64,000 nucleotides of DNA, from positions 21,810-85,809 of the forward strand of contig CANIZL010000009.1 of NCBI GenBank assembly GCA_947471985.1, in the 5' to 3' direction. How positions within the stretch are numbered: the stretch's first letter is position 1; each line of letters starts with the position of its first letter. A program made the position numbers and the translations under genes. Positions 27,975 through 37,616 of this stretch are shown here, piece by piece. Source of the stretch: Verrucomicrobiota bacterium (GTDB lineage Bacteria; Verrucomicrobiota; Verrucomicrobiia; Limisphaerales; UBA9464). The notes under the pieces are model-generated. The model was not told the origin of the DNA. It worked only from the letters and a program-made list of their open reading frames with translations, and made no database searches.

Positions 27975-28167
27975 CGGAAAAGCTGCGGGCTGCGCCCGGG
28001 GACGCGCAAACGCAAACCAGGGCGAAGGCAAACTCCCGTTGCAGCGTTGCCAGCGGAACGTGGTGGCGCTGGATCATTCGGCGCCGTGTCGCATCTCGTC
28101 CGGGCAATCTGGGCCGCACCTGGGCCGCAGGCCCTTGCGAAGCTGACTCGCATCAGACGTGGAAATA

Positions 28168-29190
28168 TCAGGGTGCTGGAGTAACTCCTCCGTCTGGTGG
28201 AGCTGGGTTGGGGGAATCGCTCGGTGGTGAACATTGGGGCGGTGCCGCGACGGTAAAGGCATCGTATTCCGGACCGAACTGGGCGAGCAGGCTCAGGGAA
28301 AACGAGCGATGGAACACCGGGATCGGCAGGAGCACCACGGTGCCCACGAGCGGAATCATCTGGATGATCCCGAGCAGGCAGCAGGTCAGGAGCGTGGCGG
28401 CTCCCAGAGCCAGGCTGGTGACGATTTCGATGAGAAAGACCAGGAGGAGGTAGCGTAGGAAAACCATCCGATCGGAATTCAGCAGGGCGTGAAATTCCTG
28501 GCAGGCGTCGAGGCAACTCGAACGACGGAGCCACATCAGGGGAATGACGAACGCGTCGAACAGGACGACCGCAATGAGGCCGGCGACGATCAGTCCCAAC
28601 CCGAACAGGCCGCTCAGGACGGAGACCGTTATCGTGAGCCCGCGGGAAATGGCTCCCGCGCTGTCGAGTTGAGCAATGCCAAAGCCAAGGCCGAGGCCGA
28701 CCAGAAGAAAGGCCAGCAGGATGGCCAGCGCAGCCAGGTAGCAGCGGAAGAGGCTGTTTCCCTCGGCGGCAAATTCCTTCCAGGGTTCGGTCACGGCGGC
28801 ACGATTTTGGATAACGCCGTCCAGGAAGAGGAATTGGCTGCGGCTGGAAATCCATAGAGCGCATCCCCAGAGTGCCAGCACCATGAGAACGGCCACTACC
28901 GCGAGTGGTATCAGCCAGACCTGGTTGGTGGCGAAGTACGCCTTCGCCTGCGGCATCCAATCGGCGACGACTTCGTTAAACGAGGCTCGCGGTTTCTGCT
29001 GGTATTGGCTGCCGAAGGGTCTGCCGGCGAACCCGAAATTGCCCAAAGTGGTCAGCCACGCGCAGAATCCGAGCACGATCCATTTCTCGAATTGAAAGGG
29101 GCGGAACAAGACGTTGACCATGTGGGCCCAGCCGCGTTCGAGGGCGGGCAGGCACTCAGCCGATGGGGTCGGTTCATACGTCGGTCGCAT
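28168..29190 (-). CDS. Multi-pass membrane protein, unknown function
   Basis: 6-7 hydrophobic helices; LFRPFQFEKWIVLGFCAWL N-terminal motif; CC and Pro-rich tail. Confidence 0.75.
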   Translation of the reverse strand: MRPTYEPTPSAECLPALERGWAHMVNVLFRPFQFEKWIVLGFCAWLTTLGNFGFAGRPFGSQYQQKPRASFNEVVADWMPQAKAYFATNQVWLIPLAVVAVLMVLALWGCALWISSRSQFLFLDGVIQNRAAVTEPWKEFAAEGNSLFRCYLAALAILLAFLLVGLGLGFGIAQLDSAGAISRGLTITVSVLSGLFGLGLIVAGLIAVVLFDAFVIPLMWLRRSSCLDACQEFHALLNSDRMVFLRYLLLVFLIEIVTSLALGAATLLTCCLLGIIQMIPLVGTVVLLPIPVFHRSFSLSLLAQFGPEYDAFTVAAPPQCSPPSDSPNPAPPDGGVTPAP

Positions 29191-29426
29191 GGGGTTCGTT
29201 GGGATTTTAATGCCTCTTGGTTTCCGTCAACGGAACGGCCGTTGAAGGGTGGTCAAACGGCCGACGTTTGCGCGTTGAAAGTTCTGTGAACGGTAGCCGC
29301 AACGGCGGGCCATTGGCTACCGCAAAATTGCGGTTCGAAGCGGGCGGCGGCCGTGGGTGAATTCAGGCGAGGCGACGAAAATGCGATTTCTCGCACGCCT
29401 CAGTCTTTCCCCTCGATGCGGCCCGA

Positions 29427-29801
29427 TCAATCAAGGAACCATGCCGTAAAAGTTGTTGGGTCGTAGCGGGGCGCGAGGAAAATGAGCAGCCAGCCCAAGC
29501 CGTAGACCGCAACCTGAGTGATACGAATCCGCCAGGAATTTCGGAGCCGTTTGAAAAGCAAAAGTACCAACCAGAATGGGGCCGCCGCGTAGGCCGAGAA
29601 AAAACCTAAAGCCACCAGGAGATTTTCGTGGGCGCGAAAAGCAATCGTCGGGTAGTTGTCTGCCATGGGTGTGGGCCAATGTCCCAGCCCCAGCCGGATG
29701 TGGAGGGCCAGGGTGACGAAGGTCAGCCAAAGAACCACCGGTGAAAGGCTGCACATCCATGTCCCCACGGGCGTCCATTCGCTGATCGATGGCTTTTTCA
29801 T
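29427..29801 (-). CDS. Small 3-TM hypothetical protein
   Basis: Three hydrophobic segments, LALHIRLGLGHWP; 49 nt downstream of the DUF1501 stop on the same strand. Confidence 0.55.
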   Translation of the reverse strand: MKKPSISEWTPVGTWMCSLSPVVLWLTFVTLALHIRLGLGHWPTPMADNYPTIAFRAHENLLVALGFFSAYAAAPFWLVLLLFKRLRNSWRIRITQVAVYGLGWLLIFLAPRYDPTTFTAWFLD

Positions 29802-29850
29802 CGGTGACCGGTTGGGTGCGCGAGTTCCGGAAAAGAGCAGCGCCGGCAGG

Positions 29851-31296
29851 TCACGCCAGCACGGCTTTGAGGACGTTGCCGTGGACGTCGGTCAGGCGGT
29901 AGTCGCGGCCCGCGTGGTGGAAGGTCAGCTTTTCGTGATCGAAGCCGAGGCAGTGCAGGATTGTGGCTTGGAGGTCGTGCACATGGACGGGATTCTCGGC
30001 CACGTGGAAGCCGAGGTCGTCCGTGGCGCCATAGTTGAAGCCCGACTTAATCCCGCCGCCCGCCATCCAGACGGAATAGGCTTGGGGATGGTGGTCGCGA
30101 CCCTGACTCCGGCCCAACGCCGAATTGGATTCCACCATCGGGGTGCGACCGAATTCACCGCCCCAAATGACGAGCGTCTCGTCCAGCAGGCCGCGTTGCT
30201 TCAAATCGGTGACCAACGCAGCACTCGCCTGATCAGTTGCCGCCGCGTTACCCCGGACGTTGCCGGCGACGTCGCTGTGGGCGTCCCAACCTTCGTGATA
30301 AATGTTCACGCACCGGACGCCACGTTCGATCATGCGCCGGGCCAGAAGACAGGCGCGGGCATACGACGGTTTATCAGGATCGCAACCGTAGAGTTCGAGA
30401 GTGGCTTTGCTCTCGGTCTTGAGATCCATCAATTCCGGGGCGGAGGTCTGGAGTCGGAAGGCCATTTCATACGACGCAATCCGGGTGGCGATTTCGGGAT
30501 CGCCCTCGGTGACGAGGCGTCGCTGGTTGAGCGCACTGACGACGTCGATGGTGTCGCGCTGGAGGCGTTCGTCGACGCCCTCGGGACGGGTGACGTCGAG
30601 GATGGGCGGTCCTTGATTGCGGAAGCGGACGCCGTTGTAAATGGTCGGGAGAAAGCCGCTCGACCAAAGCGCACCGCCACCACTTAACCCGCCGGCGGTG
30701 CTCATCACGACGAAGGCCGGGAGTTCCTGCGAGATGGCGCCGAGGCCGTACAAAACCCAGGAGCCGAGACTAGGTCGGCCGGGTTGTTGGAATCCGGTAT
30801 TGAAGAAAATTTGGGCCGGGGCGTGGTTGAATTGATCCGTGTGCACCGAGCGGATCACGCAGATGTCATCCACAATTTTCGCGAGGTGCGGCAACATCTC
30901 GGACAACTCGGTTCCGGCCTGTCCGTGTCGGGCGAATTTGAAGCACGGTCCGAGCACCGCGGCGTCGGGCCGGATGAACGCGTAGCGCTGGCCGCCGATG
31001 ACCGATGGGGGCAAGGGTTTGCCGGCCAGGCGGGTCAATTCGGGCTTGTAGTCGAAGAGTTCCAGTTGGCTCGGGGCGCCGGCCATGAAGAGATGAATGA
31101 CGCGCTTGGCTTTGCCGGGGAAGTGGGACTGGCGCGGGCGAAGCGGATCCACGGCCGCCGGGCCGGCGGCCAACGTTCGCGGATCGAATTGACCGCTCAT
31201 CAGGCCGGCGAGGGCAATCTTGCCGAGGCCCACGCCGCAATCGCGCAGGAAATGGCGGCGGGAATGTTCCAGGCCGTTTTGTTGGAGAAGAATCAT
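29851..31296 (-). CDS. DUF1501 domain protein (Tat-exported, PVC-type)
   Basis: SRRHFL twin-Arg signal; AKRVIHLFMAGAPSQLELFDYKP, GWDAH, LVIWGGEFGRTP, GRDHH, VHDLQATILHCLG. Confidence 0.92.
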   Translation of the reverse strand: MILLQQNGLEHSRRHFLRDCGVGLGKIALAGLMSGQFDPRTLAAGPAAVDPLRPRQSHFPGKAKRVIHLFMAGAPSQLELFDYKPELTRLAGKPLPPSVIGGQRYAFIRPDAAVLGPCFKFARHGQAGTELSEMLPHLAKIVDDICVIRSVHTDQFNHAPAQIFFNTGFQQPGRPSLGSWVLYGLGAISQELPAFVVMSTAGGLSGGGALWSSGFLPTIYNGVRFRNQGPPILDVTRPEGVDERLQRDTIDVVSALNQRRLVTEGDPEIATRIASYEMAFRLQTSAPELMDLKTESKATLELYGCDPDKPSYARACLLARRMIERGVRCVNIYHEGWDAHSDVAGNVRGNAAATDQASAALVTDLKQRGLLDETLVIWGGEFGRTPMVESNSALGRSQGRDHHPQAYSVWMAGGGIKSGFNYGATDDLGFHVAENPVHVHDLQATILHCLGFDHEKLTFHHAGRDYRLTDVHGNVLKAVLA

Positions 31297-31333
31297 AGTC
31301 GTAGCGGAGCGAAGTCGACGTCGTGGTTTGGGA

Positions 31334-34300
31334 TCAGCCCTTGGTGATGGTTTCGTCGAGGTTCAGCAGGGCGCGGGCGAGAGTGATCCACGCGGCCCAC
31401 TCGGCGGCCCGATCGGAGTTCTCGCCGGTGAGGGTTTTGGAATTGAGTTCACCGCTCGCGACCCGTTGCTGTTGTGCCTGGAAAAAGCGCGTTAGGGCGG
31501 CGGTTTCCTCCTCGGTTGGTGGACGCGAGGTGCAACGGCGGAACCCGTAGCGCACCCGTTCTTCCACGGTTCCCTCCCGGGTCATCAGCAGGCGGCCCAG
31601 GGCGCGGGAGGCGTCCACGAGCAACACATCGTTCAGCAGGGTGAGCGCCTGCATGGGCGTGTTGGAGACATCACGGCGGGCAATACAGGCTTCGCCGCTC
31701 GGAGCGTCGAAGGTGTTGAACAGGGCGAAGGGGGCGCTGCGTTTCATGAAGGTGTAAACGCTGCGCCGATAGCGATCCTCACCGGAGCTGGCGGGCCACG
31801 ACGCGCCGCCGTACGCCGCCTCGGTGACGCCGGAAGGTTGTGGCGGATAGACGCTTGGGCCGCCCATTTTCGAGGAAAGCAATCCGCTGGCCTGCAGCAC
31901 ACTGTCGCGGATCGCCTCGGCATCAAGGCGGGACCGGGGACCGCGGGAGAGCAGTCGGTTTTCGGAGTCGCGGGCGAGCCGATCCGGTGTGGTGCGGGAG
32001 GCTTGTTGGTACGTCGCGCTCAGAACCATTAGGCGATGCAGTTTTTTCAGAGACCAACCCTGGTTCATGAATTCCACGGCCAGCCAATCGAGCAATTCCG
32101 GGTGCGAAGGCGCTTCGCCCTGCAGTCCGAAATCATCCGTGGTGCGCACCAGGCCGCGGCCGAACAGGGCCTGCCATTGCCGATTTACGGTGACGCGGGC
32201 GGTGAGGGGATTGCTGCGCGACACCAGCCAGCGGGCGAGTCCGAGGCGATTGCGGGGCAGGTCGGGAGTAAACTCGGCCACCGCTGCGAAGGCGCCGGGC
32301 GTAACAACTTCGACGGGTTGCAGATATTCGCCCCGGTTATGTCGATGGGTCAGCCGGGGGTTCTCCGGCGGGCGTTCCCGCAGGACCATCGTCGTGGGAT
32401 ACGGGGCGGGACGACGGAGCTTTTGAATTTCGGCCGCGGCGGTCGCCAATTCGGGAAGCTGCAGCAGACACTGTTCGCGCAAGGCCTGTCGCTGACGGGG
32501 GGTGAGTTGGGCATCGGGCACGGCCAGCAGGGCTTCGATATCCTCGGGGAGATCCAGGGCCTGCGCACCGCCGGGGCGGGTGGTGACGGAAATGCGGAAG
32601 CGTCCCAAGGAACACGCGTAGTGTCGGCCGAAGAAAAGCTTCAGCTGCCACGGAGCGATTTGGGCGGTGGGCTCGGCGAGATTGAACACGGCCGAATGGC
32701 GTTCGCCTTCGCGACCCGCCGTCGACCAACCGGTCTGTGGATCGCCATCGACGGCGAGGGAGGCGCTGGCGTTGCTGCCGAAGTTGTTCTTGGCGTAACT
32801 GTGCGTCGCGCTGGCAAATTTAACCGGTCGATCACCGGCGGTGAGTTGGAATTCGCCGAGGAAGAAATCGCCCTTGGGACCTTCGTAGTACGCCAGACCG
32901 GGACCGTGCCGGGGCAGCCGTTCGTCCGGCAGGGCTTCCAGTCGGACGGCCGTAATGCCTGTGATTTCGGGCGCAAACGACAGGTCGTAGGTATCGCTCT
33001 TGGTGATATCGCCGCTGGCCAGGACCGAGGCGTCGGGTTGCGGCGTCAGCAGGGGCGAGTTCGACGTGGCCTTGCCGGGGCGCAGGGGAATCCAGGTCGC
33101 GGCGCGGGAACGCATTTCCGTGAGCCAATCAGCGAAGCGCTTTTCCACGGCTTCGGTTCGGCGAGCGGCGAGCGAGCGGCCGCCCCCGTCCGGCGTGCCA
33201 AAACTGACGCGGGGACGACCCACGAGGTGGTGACTGCCAAAAGGCTGTTCCAACCGGATGACCCAGCGGGTGCCGCCGGGAAAGCCCACCGGCTGCGCCA
33301 GCGTCAGGGTAGCCTGGTGCGGGGTGTTGAGGCGGCCTTCCCCGACATCGACCGCCCAACCGGTTTCCGGATGGCCATCGATCAAGTTGGACGCCGGAAA
33401 ATCCTTTTGCTCCACGTCGGCCCGGACACTGGCCACCTTCACCGGTTGCACCTGGTCGGGAGTGGAGCGGGGAGCGGCGGTGATCACGATTTCTCCCAAG
33501 ACGAAGTTGCCGTGCGCCACCCGGCCGGGACCGTGTTTTGGCAGGGCATCGTCGGTCAGGGTTTCCAGACGGAGCGAGTCGATGCCGGTGGCCTCGGTGT
33601 CGATCACGAGAGTGTACACATCGCGCTCGGGCGCGGGCTGATCGAAAAGTACCGATCCGTCTGTCAAAATCCGTCCCCGTTCGCCGCTCGCTGCCTCGGC
33701 GGAAATCGGCGGGGGCGTGTGCCAGAGGATATTCGTAATCGGAAAGCGCTGCGGTAACTCCGCCAGCAGACGATCGGCCTCGAGGAGGTTCCTGGCCTGA
33801 CGGGCCGCGGCACCGGGCGGGGGCAGATCGAGGTCGGGCTCTTCGGCATTGTTGAGCAAGGCCATGAGCTGGTAGTACTCGCGGTGCAGCAGCGGATCGT
33901 ACTTGTGGGTGTGACATTGAACGCAGCCCACGGTCAGGCCCAGCCAGGTGGTTCCGGTGGTGTTGACGCGATCAATGGTGGCGAGGAAGCGGAACTCCAA
34001 CGGATCAATGCCGCCCTCCTCGTTGAGCATCGTATTGCGATGGAACCCGGTGGCGATGCGTTGGTTCAACGTGGGTTCCGGCAATAAATCGCCCGCCAGC
34101 TGTTCCACGGTGAATTGATCGAAGGGCAGGTCGGCATTGATCGCGTTGATGACCCAATCGCGCCAGGGCCAGATGGTCCGCTGACGGTCCTTCTCATAGC
34201 CATTGGTGTCGGCGTAGCGGGCGAGATCCATCCAACGACGTCCCCAGCGTTCACCGTAATGCGGTGATTGCAGCAAGCCGTCGACGAGTTTTTCGTAGGC

Positions 34301-34912
34301 ATCCTTGGCGGTGTCTTGAACGAAGGCGTCCGCCTCTTCGGGCGTGGGGGGCAATCCGATGAGGTCGAGATAAACGCGGCGCACCAGGGAGTGTCGACTG
34401 GCGGGTTCCGATGTTGCCAGACCCTCGGCTTCGAGGCGGGCGAGGACGAAGTGGTCGACGGGATTGTGGGGCCAGTCCTTGGCTTTGACGGCGGGCAGTG
34501 GTGCCTGGCGGGGCGGGACGAAGGCCCAGTGGGGACGGTATTCGGCTCCGTCGGTGATCCATTGCTGGAGGGTTTCCTTTTCGGCGGCACTGAGTTGGGA
34601 CTTGGTACTCGGCGGCGGCATGACCTCGTCGGGATCCGCGCTGAGGATCCGTTTAACGAGTTCGCTTTTAGGGGCTTGTCCCGGAACCAGTGCGATGGCC
34701 CCTGATTTTGCGGGTCGCAGGGCGTCCTCTCGTTGGTCCAGGCGCAACTGGCTCTTGCGTTTGGCGTCGTCGGGCCCGTGGCATTTGAAGCAATGGCGGG
34801 CCAGGATGGGGCGCACCTCACGGGTGAAGTCGGGTGGGCTCGCGGCGGATAAAGCCGCATGGAAGGTGCTGGTGAGAAGCACTCCCAATAATCCCAGACG
34901 TGGCCGAATCAT
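31334..34912 (-). CDS. PSCyt1-DUF1549-DUF1553 (PSD1) planctomycete cytochrome c protein with two inserted beta-sandwich modules
   Basis: CFKCHG, PHYGERWGRRWMDLARYADT, CVQCHTHKYDP, PSHPELLDWLAVEF, RLDAEAIRD, TPMQALTLLN. Start placed at ATG 34912. Confidence 0.92.
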   Translation of the reverse strand: MIRPRLGLLGVLLTSTFHAALSAASPPDFTREVRPILARHCFKCHGPDDAKRKSQLRLDQREDALRPAKSGAIALVPGQAPKSELVKRILSADPDEVMPPPSTKSQLSAAEKETLQQWITDGAEYRPHWAFVPPRQAPLPAVKAKDWPHNPVDHFVLARLEAEGLATSEPASRHSLVRRVYLDLIGLPPTPEEADAFVQDTAKDAYEKLVDGLLQSPHYGERWGRRWMDLARYADTNGYEKDRQRTIWPWRDWVINAINADLPFDQFTVEQLAGDLLPEPTLNQRIATGFHRNTMLNEEGGIDPLEFRFLATIDRVNTTGTTWLGLTVGCVQCHTHKYDPLLHREYYQLMALLNNAEEPDLDLPPPGAAARQARNLLEADRLLAELPQRFPITNILWHTPPPISAEAASGERGRILTDGSVLFDQPAPERDVYTLVIDTEATGIDSLRLETLTDDALPKHGPGRVAHGNFVLGEIVITAAPRSTPDQVQPVKVASVRADVEQKDFPASNLIDGHPETGWAVDVGEGRLNTPHQATLTLAQPVGFPGGTRWVIRLEQPFGSHHLVGRPRVSFGTPDGGGRSLAARRTEAVEKRFADWLTEMRSRAATWIPLRPGKATSNSPLLTPQPDASVLASGDITKSDTYDLSFAPEITGITAVRLEALPDERLPRHGPGLAYYEGPKGDFFLGEFQLTAGDRPVKFASATHSYAKNNFGSNASASLAVDGDPQTGWSTAGREGERHSAVFNLAEPTAQIAPWQLKLFFGRHYACSLGRFRISVTTRPGGAQALDLPEDIEALLAVPDAQLTPRQRQALREQCLLQLPELATAAAEIQKLRRPAPYPTTMVLRERPPENPRLTHRHNRGEYLQPVEVVTPGAFAAVAEFTPDLPRNRLGLARWLVSRSNPLTARVTVNRQWQALFGRGLVRTTDDFGLQGEAPSHPELLDWLAVEFMNQGWSLKKLHRLMVLSATYQQASRTTPDRLARDSENRLLSRGPRSRLDAEAIRDSVLQASGLLSSKMGGPSVYPPQPSGVTEAAYGGASWPASSGEDRYRRSVYTFMKRSAPFALFNTFDAPSGEACIARRDVSNTPMQALTLLNDVLLVDASRALGRLLMTREGTVEERVRYGFRRCTSRPPTEEETAALTRFFQAQQQRVASGELNSKTLTGENSDRAAEWAAWITLARALLNLDETITKG

Positions 34913-35173
34913 GCGGACAAGCTTCGCGAAGCTGACCGGAATGCGAAACTGTTTTGGCGGCGGAGGACGCAGGAATCCGGAAACTCCCCGGCCGCGGGGC
35001 GGGCAAAAAACGGGGAGCAGGTGGGGGCGGCGAAGTTGGCCCAAGTGGAGTGGTGGATGGCCGTAGCCCTCATCCGCTTTCGCGCCGGGACGGTTGGGCT
35101 GAATGATTGCCGAAATTCCCACGGCGGAGGCGTTGCTCTTCTTCGGGCGCAGAGGTTCCCGTCGGCCCTCATT

Positions 35174-35209
35174 CCAAAGCGGTAGAGGGCAACCGCAGTC
35201 CAGGACGCT
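35174..35209. repeat. Probable REP-like palindromic element
   Basis: CCAAAGCGGT-agagggca-ACCGCAGTCCAGGACGCT with GCGGT/ACCGC stem; resembles an intergenic repeat class I recall from PVC genomes. Single copy in the window. Confidence 0.4.
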
Positions 35210-35482
35210 ACCGCGATTTCTCTTGCGGCGGATAAATTCCGCGGGGGCTTTGATGGCTGTGGTCCTTAGCCCGTTCGCCCGCCGAGAGAGGAGCTGAGCT
35301 AGTGCCGTGCGACTTGCCTATTCCACGTCGTCCTTTCCAGGGGCGCTGGCCGAGTGCACGTTCAAGTCGTTCATCGACGCGTTCGCAGCGCAACTGAGCT
35401 TGGATCCGCTGGGACGCATTAGGGGAAGTTGGCCATCCCAATACGGACCGTGAGGAGCGAAGAAGGGCAATACGTGTAATCT

Positions 35483-36157
35483 ATGAATAGAAAAACTCGA
35501 ACCTGGATGCGGACCTGTGGCTGGGTGGTCGCGCTTTCACTTGTCCGGGCGGATTTGCGGGCCCAAACGGTCATCAACGGGAGCTTTGAATCCGGCGTGG
35601 CGATTTTTCCCAATTCCAATATCGGACTCTACTCCCCGGATTCCACCAGCGTCCCGGGTTGGACGGTCGCGGGGGGTACGGTGGATTACATCGGCAGCCT
35701 GTGGGCGGCCGGGGACGGAAATCGATCATTGGATCTGAGCGGCGTTTCCGCCGGGACACTCACCCAGTTGGTGACTGGCTTCATTTTGGGCGGGACCTAT
35801 CGACTGGAGTTTCTCCTGGCGGGCAATCCTACGGGTGGCAACGACCTCAAAAGTGTCGTGGCGAGCCTCGGGGCCAACTCCTGGACTTTCTCCTTCAATC
35901 GGGCCGGTGCCACTTATGATTCCATGGGGTGGACGTCCCAAGGATTCGAATTTACCGCGGACGCTACGAGTATGGCGTTGTCCTTCACCAGCCTGGATCC
36001 GACGGCTTCCGGCCCGGCACTGGATCTGGTGCGCATTTATCCGACGCCGGAGCCGGCGACGCTGGCCTTAGCGTCGTTGGGAGCGCTGGCGGCGGTGGCC
36101 GGCGGGATCGTTCGCCGACGGACTGATCGTCGGCCGCCCGCGGGGCCGTTGCGCTAG
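35483..36157 (+). CDS. Choice-of-anchor C / DUF642-like domain protein with PEP-CTERM sorting signal
   Basis: Signal peptide; INGSFE, GWTV.GGTVDYIG..W.AGDGNRSLDL, GPALD; C-terminal TPEPATLALASLG-TM-RRR. Confidence 0.85.
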   Translation: MNRKTRTWMRTCGWVVALSLVRADLRAQTVINGSFESGVAIFPNSNIGLYSPDSTSVPGWTVAGGTVDYIGSLWAAGDGNRSLDLSGVSAGTLTQLVTGFILGGTYRLEFLLAGNPTGGNDLKSVVASLGANSWTFSFNRAGATYDSMGWTSQGFEFTADATSMALSFTSLDPTASGPALDLVRIYPTPEPATLALASLGALAAVAGGIVRRRTDRRPPAGPLR

Positions 36158-36167
36158 ACCGGCGGGT

Positions 36168-36926
36168 TCAATCCTGGGCGGGGAATTGGTCTTCCGCGAC
36201 GCCGCGCACATCCATTTCAAATTCAATGTCGATCACCGGCGGTCGGCTGATGTGCCAGCAAAGACCGTGGCGCCCGGCCGATCCGATGCGATCAAGGAGC
36301 AGGGTGCGCAGGGCGTTGTCGAGCGGGTGGATGGTGTAGACGTCGATGGCCGTCACGTGGTTCCAATCCCGGCCCAATCCGTGCAGGCGTTGCGTCATGG
36401 TCTCCAGAACGTACTCGGCCTTTTCCTTCAGGGCGTCGGGCGAGGTTTCGCCACTGCGAACGATACCTTGGGTGACGAGGGTGCCTTCCCGAAGTTCGCC
36501 GGCGCCGGCGACCACGAAGCTCGGGCGTCGCGGCCGGGGGCAGGGCCGCACGTAGGAAAAGGCGTGCAGGGACGGTGTCGCGGGCGGGTGCAGCGCGGGC
36601 GCGACGTTGGTGCGGGCGATGGGATTGAGGCCGCTGATGAGCAGGCGCCATTCCTCGAGAACTGCGCAATAGCCTTGATTGAATTCGATGAAGCCCGCCA
36701 TGGTGAACGGCTGCGGAGAGCGCAATTCCAGCGCGCAGAGGGCGGCACGGGGCAGTCCGGCCGCCGCCAACACGGAGTCCATCCAAGTGAAACCGTCCCG
36801 CCAGGGGAGCCATTCGGGGGGCGTCACCCGGACGATCTCCCATCCGGCGTCGGCGACCACGCCGCAGGAATAGGGGGCGATTCCCTGGAGAAACCGGTAG
36901 TGACCGGCGGGATTATGGATAAGCAC
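36168..36926 (-). CDS. RidA-fold protein, 2-amino-5-chloromuconate deaminase (CnbZ)-like
   Basis: YRFLQGIAPYSCGVVAD, LCALELRSP, NPIARTNVAP, FVVAGAGE, RPPVIDIEFEMDVRG. Start placed at GTG 36926. Confidence 0.65.
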   Translation of the reverse strand: MLIHNPAGHYRFLQGIAPYSCGVVADAGWEIVRVTPPEWLPWRDGFTWMDSVLAAAGLPRAALCALELRSPQPFTMAGFIEFNQGYCAVLEEWRLLISGLNPIARTNVAPALHPPATPSLHAFSYVRPCPRPRRPSFVVAGAGELREGTLVTQGIVRSGETSPDALKEKAEYVLETMTQRLHGLGRDWNHVTAIDVYTIHPLDNALRTLLLDRIGSAGRHGLCWHISRPPVIDIEFEMDVRGVAEDQFPAQD

Positions 36927-37030
36927 CCCCAACGCTAGAATTCGGTGGCGGTTCCCGAAAGGGCATTGTCGGCGCGGCAGGCTTCGCTTTCCCTTTTCGC
37001 AGGAGGGGCGTATGGTTGGGCGCGTAAACC

Positions 37031-37540
37031 ATGAAACCCGCCGCATTATCCCTGTTGGCCGCGACTGGACTTTGGGCCGTCACCTCCACTTTGGCTCCGG
37101 CTCAGAGCATTGGCCGGATCCGGCAGTCGATCAACAACGCCACGGGCGGGGCAGCGGGAGCGCCGGTCAAGCCGCAGTATCCGACGCCGGCCGCGCCGAC
37201 GTTGACCCCGGAGCAGGCTGCCGCGGTGAAGGCGGCCCAACTCAAGCGACAGCAGGAAGCGGCCGCGGCGGCGGATGCCAAGGTCGTGCCGTTTCTGAAA
37301 GAACGGGTGGAAGGCGGCTCGGCGGATGCGGCCTGCGATCTGGCCAAACGCTATGAGACTGGCAAGGGCGTGGCGGCCGACGCCAAAGAGGCCCGCCGAC
37401 TATATCAATTGGGCGCGGATCGGGGCAGTGAGGAGGCCAAGACCTGGTTGAAAGAACATCCGGCGACGGTGGCACCGGCCGCGCCGACGAAACCCGCTCC
37501 CACCCCGGCCGCGGTATCGAAGCCGGCGGATAAGAAGTAA
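37031..37540 (+). CDS. Secreted Sel1-repeat protein
   Basis: Signal peptide; AACDLAKRYETGKGVAADAKEARRLYQLGADRG Sel1 repeat; P/A-rich tail. Confidence 0.8.
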   Translation: MKPAALSLLAATGLWAVTSTLAPAQSIGRIRQSINNATGGAAGAPVKPQYPTPAAPTLTPEQAAAVKAAQLKRQQEAAAAADAKVVPFLKERVEGGSADAACDLAKRYETGKGVAADAKEARRLYQLGADRGSEEAKTWLKEHPATVAPAAPTKPAPTPAAVSKPADKK

Positions 37541-37616
37541 TTGATGCGGCCGCGGGACGGAGCTTTTCCGCGCCGGGGATTGCTTGGGGAACGCGCTCTC
37601 GGTTCGCGTTATCGCG

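Noticed and set aside
29300-29402. Intergenic inverted repeats (CGGTAGCC/GGCTACCG; GAGGCG/CGCCTC) as IS ends or ncRNA
   Set aside because: No transposase, no target duplication, no promoter or terminator pattern.
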